A stretch of 64,000 nucleotides of DNA from Patescibacteria group bacterium. GTDB taxonomy: Bacteria; Patescibacteriota; Microgenomatia; 2-02-FULL-39-11. How positions within the stretch are numbered: position 1 is the first letter of the stretch; each line of letters starts with the position of its first letter. Both the position numbers and the translations under genes were made by a program. Below are positions 56,399 to 64,000 of the stretch, one piece after another. The notes beneath the pieces were generated by a model. That model saw only the letters and a program-made list of their open reading frames with translations, was not told the DNA's origin and ran no database searches. The stretch is taken from NCBI GenBank assembly GCA_023379265.1, contig JAMCUI010000007.1:82330-146329 (forward strand), in the 5' to 3' direction.

Positions 56399-57844
56399 TT
56401 ATTTATATTGGGTATACCACCCCGGATCCACTTTTTCCTTCTTTGAAAAATAAACTTGTGTATCGGTAATTTCCGTTTCGGTATAATTTGGATCCATCTT
56501 CAATCTCTCAAAAAGAGTCTTGTATTCTCCCTCCGGTAGCGGCCAGAAGTTGTTGGGATTTTGTCCCGGGCGAAGATCAAGCGCGATAGTCTGGGGCAGA
56601 TACTGCCAGTATTTATCCCGTAAAAGCATTACGTTATGAGTATGTGTCAGTTGCGGTGCCAGATTATTTAGTGTCATGACCAGTCCTTTGTCCGGTATTT
56701 TTGTCAAGAAAGTCCTCAGGAAGTTCAAATCTTTGGTATGCGCATAAAATGCAGGGTTATATGCTAGCCCCAAGGGCCCATGCAGTTTCAAATGGAGAAA
56801 AATCGCCAAAAATATAATTCCTATAGCATGAAAAGTAGCAATTTTTCTGTAGACTTTCATTTCCATCAGTTTTTTTATACCCAAAATGCTTCCGTAAACC
56901 AGAAGAAAGGCAGCGATAGCGTTGTAATGGAGGCCCAGGTCAAGCCGGGCACTGGTGCCGGAGATGACAAACCTGATAAAGTAATCCTGGAGAATAACCG
57001 GCAGGAACAATGGGCTAAATAAGGGTAGGAAGGAGAAGGAAAGAAATGAAAGAGCAAGAGTGCCTGTTTTCACTAAAGGATAGAAAAACTGGGTTACCAT
57101 AGTGGAAATCGAATACTGGTTGGGAATATAGGCAAAAGGCCTACTGGCCAGATACGGCATTATTATTTTTACCGATATGAAGTAATAGGCAAGAGAATAG
57201 GTAAAAGTAAGAATTCCCTGTTTATAGTTTTTCCTCAAAATAAGATATATACCAAGGACAGTTCCAAAAATGACAAATGTTTCCTTTGTACCCAAAGTCA
57301 ATATAAAAAATAGCCAATACCAATGCCATTTTTTTCTCTCGAGTGCAAGAAAAGTTAATCCCAGAGTCAGAAGTGCGATAAATTCACTATGGAAATTGGA
57401 GATGACTGCATTTTGCAGTCCGACAAAAAGAGTGTACGTAATAATGGTGGAGAATAACAGCAGTTTGTTTTTTATCTCTCGGCCGAGAAAAATTAACATA
57501 CCTGCGCTTGCCGTTATGATTGCATTTTGTACGACAAGAATTGCGGTATAGGAAGAGGTAAGCCAATAAAGGGGTATAAGAAGTAGAATGGTTGGATCAA
57601 AGTGGTCACCGAATTGGTTGAGAAGATGATTTTCCACGTGATCAATAAGAGGGGCCCTGAAATGCGCCAGGTTCCATAGTGCCTGGTCATATATTCCGTG
57701 ATCAAAATAATAAGCTTCAAACTGCCAGAAGCGGTTCAGGACTACAAGGTTTAAGACTATGAAATAAACAGTGAGATAAATGATGATAAACCACCAGTCT
57801 TTGAAAAAAACGGATAACGTCCTGGAAAATGATTTTGCAGACAT
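56399..57844 (-). CDS. Large polytopic membrane protein, possible GT-C-type glycosyltransferase / DUF2079-like
   Basis: 481 aa, >=10 TM helices with a soluble C-terminal domain. Confidence 0.35.
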   Translation of the reverse strand: MSAKSFSRTLSVFFKDWWFIIIYLTVYFIVLNLVVLNRFWQFEAYYFDHGIYDQALWNLAHFRAPLIDHVENHLLNQFGDHFDPTILLLIPLYWLTSSYTAILVVQNAIITASAGMLIFLGREIKNKLLLFSTIITYTLFVGLQNAVISNFHSEFIALLTLGLTFLALERKKWHWYWLFFILTLGTKETFVIFGTVLGIYLILRKNYKQGILTFTYSLAYYFISVKIIMPYLASRPFAYIPNQYSISTMVTQFFYPLVKTGTLALSFLSFSFLPLFSPLFLPVILQDYFIRFVISGTSARLDLGLHYNAIAAFLLVYGSILGIKKLMEMKVYRKIATFHAIGIIFLAIFLHLKLHGPLGLAYNPAFYAHTKDLNFLRTFLTKIPDKGLVMTLNNLAPQLTHTHNVMLLRDKYWQYLPQTIALDLRPGQNPNNFWPLPEGEYKTLFERLKMDPNYTETEITDTQVYFSKKEKVDPGWYTQYK

Positions 57845-58023
57845 AATTATTGGAAATATAGATTAATTGTAGCCTAAGATGCAGTCTGTTGCATGTGTAG
57901 ATATTATTTGTGTTACCGGGTAAAATTGGTATAATTCCCTTTACCAACTGGAGATGTGTTGAAGTTTATGAATAATAGGAGTCAGTCTTGAAGCGCTAAT
58001 TGGAATAAGCAGTAATAACTGCA

Positions 58024-58110
58024 GGAGAGGTGCTGGAGTGGTTGAACAGGCTAGTCTTGAAAACTAGTATATCCGCAAGGATATCGTGGGTTCGAATCCC
58101 ACCCTCTCCG
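58024..58110 (+). tRNA. tRNA-Ser (anticodon TGA), class II; CCA not encoded
   Basis: GGAGAGG/CCTCTCC acceptor, anticodon arm CTAGT-CTTGAAA-ACTAG. Variable arm + T-arm identical over 37 nt to tRNA-Ser(GGA) at 47284. Confidence 0.8.
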
Positions 58111-58238
58111 CAGGATCAAAACATCAATTGAAGCAGGATTGACAGGGGCTGAGATTATAACCTAAGTGTTGTCTTTTTTAAATTCCATGATGATGAACTA
58201 GAAGAGAAATATTTTAAGTAGACAATTGATACTTTTCT

Positions 58239-58880
58239 TCATTTGTTTACAATCTTTCTTAATCCTTCCTGTAGAGTTTTACTGATCAGATCTTCCAGTA
58301 ATGACAAGTTTCCTTTATCTGCCTGTTGCATCGCAGTGATATATTGTTTTCTGTCAGATTTTTCATCTGTTTTTATCTCAATTCCAGGTAAATCTAACTT
58401 TAGTAATATTAAAATTGTCAGCATTCTTGCAATTCTACCGTTATAATCCTGAAAAGGATGAATAAATACAAATCTATGCTGGAACCAGGTTAATAATTTG
58501 ACTGCCTCAATAATAAACTCGCTAGATTTTGGGTTGGGTAAATATTTTAATCTTTCTTCCAAATCATTGCAAAGGTTTATCATTAGTTCCGGTATTAGGA
58601 AAAATTGCGGTGTTTCTTTTCCTGAAATAGTTACTTGTATCTTTCTGTACTTCCCAGCCCAATCAGGAAATATCCACTGGAAAGAAATTTCATGCAGTTT
58701 GCAGATTAACAGAGGTGTAATTTTTACGTCCTTATCACTACTTATCAGATCATAAATATAATCAAGCCCTCTTTTTGTTCCTTCAATTTCAAGTTTAAGA
58801 AGTTTTGATCGGGGAATAATACCAAAAGCTGTTTCTTTATATGAAGTTGCACCTTTTGGTTTTGTTGAAGCTTTTTTCAT
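58239..58880 (-). CDS. Fic-family protein (toxin-like) with variant active-site motif HPFQDYNGR
   Basis: FIHPFQDYNGRIARML matches the Fic core HPFx[DE]GNGRxxR except G to Y at position 6. 213 aa. Confidence 0.75.
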   Translation of the reverse strand: MKKASTKPKGATSYKETAFGIIPRSKLLKLEIEGTKRGLDYIYDLISSDKDVKITPLLICKLHEISFQWIFPDWAGKYRKIQVTISGKETPQFFLIPELMINLCNDLEERLKYLPNPKSSEFIIEAVKLLTWFQHRFVFIHPFQDYNGRIARMLTILILLKLDLPGIEIKTDEKSDRKQYITAMQQADKGNLSLLEDLISKTLQEGLRKIVNK

Positions 58881-58883
58881 TTA

Positions 58884-59060
58884 TCATTTGAGTACTGATG
58901 AAACCATCTTACGTGTAACAGGTTCTCCTTCAAGCTTGGTTGTCCGAAATATAATTTCAGGAATCAAAGCACGGAAAAATCCCAACACTGGTTTACCCTT
59001 TTTTGCAGTACGGTATTTAGAATATGCTTGTAATAGTTTGTTTTCATTCTTTTTGCTCAT
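58884..59060 (-). CDS. Small protein carrying the Fic inhibitory-helix motif (class I Fic antitoxin-like, VbhA-type)
   Basis: ...IIFRTTKLEGEPVTRKMV contains TTKLEG = [ST]xxxE[GN]. Ends TGA-TAA immediately before the Fic ATG. Start at MSKKN (59060) or further upstream (59138). Confidence 0.55.
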   Translation of the reverse strand: MSKKNENKLLQAYSKYRTAKKGKPVLGFFRALIPEIIFRTTKLEGEPVTRKMVSSVLK

Positions 59061-59184
59061 ATTTAAAGTATATAACTTTCCAGAAGCTAAATAAAGGTCT
59101 ATATACAGCCGTAAGACTATTACATCAATAAAAAACACTAGAATATAGGTTGTTCAATTAATAATTTGTTGGTATAGTTGAGTT

Positions 59185-59535
59185 ATGGATAAATTCAGAA
59201 AGAACAATTTATCGGATATTCCAATTGAAGAAGCTCATGGAGGTTCTGGTTCTCGTCAGGTATTAGTAAAGCCCGAACAAGTTACAAGTAAATACTTTGA
59301 AGCCATGACAAAGGGATTTCTTAAATCTGGAGGGGTATTTGACTGGCATACGCATAATGATACAGATGAAGTGTTTATTGTATTAAAAGGACATGGCAAA
59401 TTTTATTGTGAAGAAAAAATAACAGAATATGATGAGGGAGACATTGTAATTATTCCTGCAAATCTTAAGCATAAAATTGAAGCTAGTGGAGATATAACCA
59501 ATGAATACTATTTTGTCAGAGTAAGAGCAAAGTAG
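59185..59535 (+). CDS. Cupin-domain protein
   Basis: DWHTHNDTDEVFIVLKGHG...GDIVIIPANLKHKIEA (cupin_2 two-motif pattern). Confidence 0.65.
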   Translation: MDKFRKNNLSDIPIEEAHGGSGSRQVLVKPEQVTSKYFEAMTKGFLKSGGVFDWHTHNDTDEVFIVLKGHGKFYCEEKITEYDEGDIVIIPANLKHKIEASGDITNEYYFVRVRAK

Positions 59536-59562
59536 GTTCTAACACTGTATATGGTGCCCCGC
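59526..59562 (+). repeat. Dispersed repeat, copy 2 (AGCAAAGTAGGTTCTAACACTGTATATGGTGCCCCGC)
   Basis: Overlaps the last codons and stop of the cupin gene. Followed by GC-rich hairpins (CTTCGGTCGCCGAAG; GGTCGCC...GGCGACC). Confidence 0.7.
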
Positions 59563-59711
59563 CTTCGGTCGCCGAAGCTTCACGCGGAGGCGACCTTTAT
59601 CCTGGTAAAGACACTAATTCTAAGGGAGAAACTGCTACTCTTGGGCGACCTACATAGACAAAGTCCCCTTGAGAGAATAAATTGATGTGTTTTTCTTGAG
59701 TACATCTTGTA

Positions 59712-60044
59712 ATGGTTTGTTATAATAATCACCCTATGACTGTTTCAGACGGTGTGGTGCATAAAGTTCCAGTGGATTTACGGGAAGCTTTAACTTCTGA
59801 TCTAAAAGCGCTCGCCTTATGGGAAAACCTTACGCCGCTTGCACGCAATGAATGGATATGCTGGGCAACCTTCCCTAAAAAGTTGGAAACCAGAAAACAA
59901 CATGTTGAAAGAGTCATCACGGAACTTAAAGAAGGAATGCGCAGACCTTGTTGTTGGATTGGTTGTATACACCGTAAGGATAAATCAATAAGCCCTTCGG
60001 TGCAGTATATACTTAATAAACGATTTAAAAGTAGATCTAAGTAG
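59712..60044 (+). CDS. YdeI/OmpD-associated (bacteriocin-protection-like) family small protein
   Basis: LALWENLTPLARNEWICWATFPKKLETRKQHVERVITEL resembles the YdeI/DUF1905-type family signature. Confidence 0.45.
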   Translation: MVCYNNHPMTVSDGVVHKVPVDLREALTSDLKALALWENLTPLARNEWICWATFPKKLETRKQHVERVITELKEGMRRPCCWIGCIHRKDKSISPSVQYILNKRFKSRSK

Positions 60045-60098
60045 TCACGATCAAGAAAAGGTGAGTTGTTGATAGGTAAATTGATTTATCGAAGAAGA

Positions 60099-60134
60099 AG
60101 CAAAGTAGGTTATAACACTGAAATGGTTCTCCGC
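60099..60134 (+). repeat. Dispersed repeat, copy 3 (AGCAAAGTAGGTTATAACACTGAAATGGTTCTCCGC)
   Basis: In the intergenic region after the YdeI-like gene. A partial copy ATAGGTTGTTCTACGGCC follows at about 60158. Confidence 0.7.
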
Positions 60135-60188
60135 AATTTCTGGCAAGGACAAATAATATAGGTTGTTCTACGGCCTTAAAACTCATTT

Positions 60189-60210
60189 TAGGTTCTAACA
60201 CTGTAACGGG
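60189..60210 (+). repeat. Dispersed repeat, copy 4, truncated (TAGGTTCTAACACTGTAACGGG)
   Basis: Shares the TAGGTTCTAACACTGTA core. Confidence 0.6.
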
Positions 60211-60402
60211 TTGTGTCTTCGAAACCTTTTTAATTACTTTTTAAATAAAATGTATGGAAATGAGTAATCATTGTGAAGACAAGATTATTTATATAAAATA
60301 TCAATATATGGAAGAAAAATCTGACGAAAGTCAACCGTCGCACTTACCTTCCCCGTAATCCTTCGGGCTCTTTTACCCGTAAGGAACGGGTAGAAAGAAG
60401 CC

Positions 60403-61683
60403 ATGATTAAAATTCTAAGCATCATCATATTTCTTGTTGGTTATATCGTTATCTCGCAGGAACATTTACTGAAGGTAAGTAAAACTTCTATCAGTCTGAT
60501 TATCGATGTAGTCTTATGGTTCTTAGTGATTGCCAGCGGTAACAATAATATCGGATTAGCATTATCAGAAGCTGGTAGTGAGATTTTCGGATTGGTTATA
60601 TTTCTTCTCTCAGCAATGACACTGGTTGAAATTCTGACCCATTATGGACTGTTTGATTATATCTATAACTGTTTGATTATATCTATATAAGATTAGTGAA
60701 ACTGCATCTTGGAGATAAAACCCAGTTTTTTATCATTGCTCTCCTTACTTTTCTTTTCTCAGCTTTCCTTGACAACTTAACCACTACTATAGTTTTTTTA
60801 CAGATATAAAGTAGATTCTTCAGTGGTAAAAACCTGATGAAATCAGCGGCAGTAATAGTGATTGCCGCCAATGCGGGTGGCGCCTTTTCTCCCATCGGGG
60901 ATGTTACAACAACCATGTTGTGGCTTGCCAATAAGTTTACAACACAAACACTTTTTACTCAGGCTTTTCTTCCATCTCTAACTGTATTTTTGGTGAGTAC
61001 TCTTTTAATAGGTAGATCAATCACAACCGACACGAAGGATAAAATCGAAAAAGCAGTAAGATTGGGGAAAACAGAGTGGTTGATTATTAGCCTTTGTCTT
61101 CTTTCTTTCCTTTTGCCGTTATTTATGACTGTTCTTCACTTACCGCCGTATATAGGTTTACTGTTTGGATTGGGGATCATCTGGTTGGTGGTTGATTTGG
61201 CAAAACACCGTACACCTCATAGTTCCATTCTTTCCATGTCAATTGAAAAGTTTTTCCAAAAGACTGATATAGCCAGTCTCTACTTTTTTATTGGTATTCT
61301 GATGGCGATTGCTGCACTTAGATACATAGGAATATTAGACGAGATATCACAAAAAGTTTTTACCGAAACACCATCAACAGTCAGGATTATTACTGGAAAT
61401 ATCGCTATCGGGGGGTTATCCGCAATCTTTGACAATATACCTCTTACAGCAGCTGCAATTGATATAGTCAAGACCACTGATGCAAACCTGGGCTCTTTTG
61501 GCTTTAACGGTTGGAATAGGCGGCTCACTGCTTCTTATCGGTTCTGCACCCGATATTGTAGCGATGGCAATAATTAAGGAACTTAGCTTTACCGCATATT
61601 TAAGGATCGCTACGATTCCTGCATTGATAGCCTATTGTCTTGGTATTACCGTGTGGATTTTACAGTATAATCTATTTAAATAA
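60403..61683 (+). pseudogene. NhaD/ArsB-type ion transporter gene broken into >=4 frame pieces
   Basis: Pieces 60403..60690, about 60690..60800 (...LGDKTQFFIIALLTFLFSAFLDNLTTTIVFL), 60837..61577 and 61480..61683 are consecutive segments of one ArsB/NhaD-like permease in different frames. A 20-bp tandem duplication at 60648..60687 causes the first shift. Confidence 0.65.
60648..60687 (+). repeat. Perfect 20-bp tandem duplication (ACTGTTTGATTATATCTATA x2) inside the transporter pseudogene
   Basis: Read directly from the sequence. Length not a multiple of 3, so it is frameshifting. Confidence 0.85.
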
Positions 61684-61684
61684 T

Positions 61685-62320
61685 ATGAGTTATTGGAAGC
61701 ATTGGAAATATAAACATCTTACCTTCTTTATCATAAGCATCATTTTTGTTGCTCTGCTTACCAAACTAGAAATATTCCATCAAACCCTTATTCACCTTGG
61801 AAATTTCGGATATATTGGAGCATTTTTTGCCGGTATATTGTTTGTTTCTACCTATACTGTCAGTATCGGAGCATTACTTCTACTGATTCTGGCGGAATAC
61901 TTAAATCCTATCGAAATTGCCTTAATAGCCGGATTGGGTGCGGTATTTGGCGATTATGTAATATTCAGACTGGTTAAGGACAATTTAGTTTATGAACTGG
62001 CAGATATCTATAATCACTTTGGCGGTAAACATCTGTCACATCTTCTGCATACCCGTTATTTCAGCTGGTCTCTGCCTGTAATCGGAGCTTTAATAATTGC
62101 TTCACCTCTACCTGATGAGATGGGGGTAGGACTGTTGGGTATAAGCAAGATGAGTACCTATTCCTTATTCTGTCTTTTATACTTAACTCAATTGGAATAT
62201 TTATTGTCGTATCAGCTTCCGTATTGGTTAAGCCTTAACAAAAGCGGGATTCTGAATATACGAAGGAAACCCGAAATAGGTTATAATACTGTAAATGGTT
62301 CTCCGCCTTCGCCTCGCTGA
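61685..62320 (+). CDS. Hypothetical polytopic membrane protein; 3' end runs into a copy of the dispersed repeat
   Basis: About 211 aa, ~6 TM helices. The last ~14 codons (IGYNTVNGSPPSPR) are encoded by the repeat element. Confidence 0.45.
   Translation: MSYWKHWKYKHLTFFIISIIFVALLTKLEIFHQTLIHLGNFGYIGAFFAGILFVSTYTVSIGALLLLILAEYLNPIEIALIAGLGAVFGDYVIFRLVKDNLVYELADIYNHFGGKHLSHLLHTRYFSWSLPVIGALIIASPLPDEMGVGLLGISKMSTYSLFCLLYLTQLEYLLSYQLPYWLSLNKSGILNIRRKPEIGYNTVNGSPPSPR
62273..62306 (+). repeat. Dispersed repeat, copy 5 (GAAATAGGTTATAATACTGTAAATGGTTCTCCGC)
   Basis: Forms the 3' end of ORF 61685..62320. Followed by a 150-bp GC-rich multi-hairpin stretch. Confidence 0.65.
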
Positions 62321-62466
62321 AGTCCCGATTACATCGGGACGAAAGCGGGCTTCGCCCGTTCAGCTCGGCTTCGGCGAGATAAAATCCGCTTTCAGATCGA
62401 CGTAGCTTCATGCGAAGTCGTCTTTTACCTCGACGTAACTTTAGTGAAGTTGGGTATAATTAACTC

Positions 62467-62709
62467 ATGTTTTGGTATGTTTATATCCTTAGGTGTAAGG
62501 ATGAAAGATTTTACATCGGTTGTGCAGATAATCTGAAAGATCGAATAGAAAGACACCAAAAATGCCAAGTCCCAGCCACAAAAGATCGCCTTCCCATAAA
62601 ACTTATTTCTTACTTCGCATTCTCCAATAAATACACCACATTCAATTTCGAGAAATATCTCAAATCCGGTTCAGGAAGAGCGTTTGTAAAGCAACACAAA
62701 TTCGTATAA
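62467..62709 (+). CDS. GIY-YIG nuclease-domain small protein (UPF0213-like)
   Basis: MFWYVYILRCKDERFYIGCADNLKDRIERHQ is the GIY-YIG motif with conserved Arg and His. 80 aa. Confidence 0.7.
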   Translation: MFWYVYILRCKDERFYIGCADNLKDRIERHQKCQVPATKDRLPIKLISYFAFSNKYTTFNFEKYLKSGSGRAFVKQHKFV

Positions 62710-62733
62710 TATAGTAAGTAATAGTATCAATTT

Positions 62734-63237
62734 ATGAACATCCGGAATTGCAATGTAAATGATATTGATGGAATTAGACAATTTTTGTCCAGAAATAAGC
62801 CCTTAGGTGCACATTCACCTGCCACTTATTGGGTTTTATTTACATACTTTAATAATTCATATTTCGTAGCTGAAGAAAATAATAAAATAATTGGTTTTAC
62901 TGGAGGATTGGAAAGCACCTCTCAACCTGGAGTATTTCATCTTTGGCAAATTGGAGTAGATAAAGAGTATAGGAGAAAAGGATATGCAGAAAAACTTCTT
63001 TATACTGTTCTTAAGGAAATAATAACAATGAAATGTACAAAATTACAGATTTCTATGGTCCCTGAAAATATAGCCAGTTTCAGATTGTTTACCAAATTTG
63101 CAAAAAAGTATAGAAAAGAAATGGTACGATTATCGTTGATTGATTATTATGACAGTCTAAGTAATTTCAAGGAAAATGAAATTCTTTATGAGATAGATAT
63201 TTCGGATATTAAGATTGAAACACTGGCACAAAATTAA
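62734..63237 (+). CDS. GNAT family acetyltransferase
   Basis: WQIGVDKEYRRKGYAEKLLYTVLKEI (acetyl-CoA-binding motif A). Confidence 0.7.
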   Translation: MNIRNCNVNDIDGIRQFLSRNKPLGAHSPATYWVLFTYFNNSYFVAEENNKIIGFTGGLESTSQPGVFHLWQIGVDKEYRRKGYAEKLLYTVLKEIITMKCTKLQISMVPENIASFRLFTKFAKKYRKEMVRLSLIDYYDSLSNFKENEILYEIDISDIKIETLAQN

Positions 63238-63275
63238 AAGCAAAATAGGTTATAACACTGTACACGGTGCCCCGC
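63236..63275 (+). repeat. Dispersed repeat, copy 6 (AAAAGCAAAATAGGTTATAACACTGTACACGGTGCCCCGC)
   Basis: Starts at the stop codon of the GNAT gene 62734..63237. Confidence 0.7.
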
Positions 63276-63497
63276 AGGATCCAAACATCATGTTTTCGCC
63301 TAGTAACAAGTTTCGTAACAATCCAGAGTAAGATAGGTATATCACTATCAATTGAGCTTCGTTATTTACCTCTATGGACTTTTTTTGATCCGTATTTTCG
63401 AAAAGTACCTCAATTTCCTCCTTGACTAACCAATTGTAAAAATATATCTTTGTTTATATAATTAAAATGTAGTGGGTTATTAAAGAAGGAGACAGCT

Positions 63498-64000
63498 ATG
63501 GATAATGAAGAAGAAAAAAAAGAAGAGAAGAAACACGAAGGCGACAGCCAGAGTCAGGGCCAAAATAAATACTTTTGGATAGTCGGAGCTGTAATACTTC
63601 TTCTAGTTGGTTGGTTTGCCTGGAAAGTCATTTTCGGAGCTGCAGATTATAAAGTCACATTGGTAAACGTGCCAAAAGAAGTAACTGAGGGGGGGAATAT
63701 TACATTCACATGGCGCGTGGATGGTCCACCTACCACCATAAACCATACATCAGTCTATTTTGGCCAGACATCAAATCCCGGAGTGTTGGGGGCAGATGTA
63801 AAGCCGGCCGATACCAAATATACAGACTGGGTCAAAGATTTTGATAATGGCAACTATGGTATACCTCTGCAGTTTGTCGGGAACAGTCCGATAGGTGCTC
63901 CGGGTACATATTTTTTCAGAGTGAATGCACTTATAAACGGGAAAAATTATTGGAGTGATGAGAATACTTTTACAGTCAAGCCCGCTGGTGATTATAAAGT
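63498..64000 (+). CDS. Secreted/membrane-anchored hypothetical protein, 5' part (continues past window end)
   Basis: Lys/Glu-rich N-terminus, TM helix WIVGAVILLLVGWFAW, then beta-rich extracellular domain. Confidence 0.5.
   Translation, partial: MDNEEEKKEEKKHEGDSQSQGQNKYFWIVGAVILLLVGWFAWKVIFGAADYKVTLVNVPKEVTEGGNITFTWRVDGPPTTINHTSVYFGQTSNPGVLGADVKPADTKYTDWVKDFDNGNYGIPLQFVGNSPIGAPGTYFFRVNALINGKNYWSDENTFTVKPAGDYK

Noticed and set aside
58884-59138. Fic upstream ORF as a nonsense-split N-terminal piece of Fic
   Set aside because: Possible in principle, but the tandem stop-stop-ATG junction and the [ST]xxxE[GN] motif fit a separate class I antitoxin gene better. This alternative is kept as a refutation test in the finding.
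44549-63275. Reading the six ~40-bp repeats as a CRISPR array
   Set aside because: Spacing is irregular (tens of bp to tens of kb), the repeats flank whole genes rather than short spacers, and no cas genes are present.

Overview
The window is low-GC, densely packed and uses both strands. It starts at the chromosomal replication origin: the 5' end of dnaN (minus strand), a DnaA-box cluster, dnaA, a second DnaA-box/AT-rich region, then rpmH-rnpA-yidD-yidC-jag. Next come housekeeping and envelope genes (nadD, nadE, galE, galT, an O-antigen-ligase-like gene, two GT-B-like proteins) and a hexokinase-like kinase. A 1278-aa acidic coiled-coil protein with a C-terminal membrane anchor follows. A VirB6/TrbL-like polytopic membrane protein and six tandem VirB2/TrbC-type pilin-like genes are arranged divergent from an ECF sigma factor. 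A complete archaeal-flavoured mevalonate operon is present (HMG-CoA reductase, HMG-CoA synthase, thiolase, DUF35 OB-fold partner, two GHMP kinases, a decarboxylase, UppS). A second pilin-like locus has cysteine-rich N-terminal domains fused to the pilin-like module. Then come a SpoIID-like protein, smpB immediately followed by a tmRNA, and comFC. From about 41.8 kb the character changes to a mosaic punctuated by tRNAs: four tRNA-Ser, two near-identical tRNA-Arg, a duplicated tRNA 3' end and a GIY-YIG gene remnant. This part carries small accessory genes (GNATs, Nudix, HD, two-component system + PepSY + ABC-2 exporter, a Fic toxin-antitoxin pair, cupin, YdeI-like, GIY-YIG), a multiply frameshifted NhaD/ArsB-type transporter pseudogene, and a family of six same-orientation ~40-bp repeats abutting gene 3' ends. 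The gene content suggests a Candidate Phyla Radiation / Patescibacteria-like bacterium; that is inference. The leads I rank highest for novelty are the pilin-array loci, the oriented repeat family with its cassette-like small genes, the giant tail-anchored protein and the tRNA-associated mosaic. All calls are by eye from the sequence and the ORF track; no searches were run.
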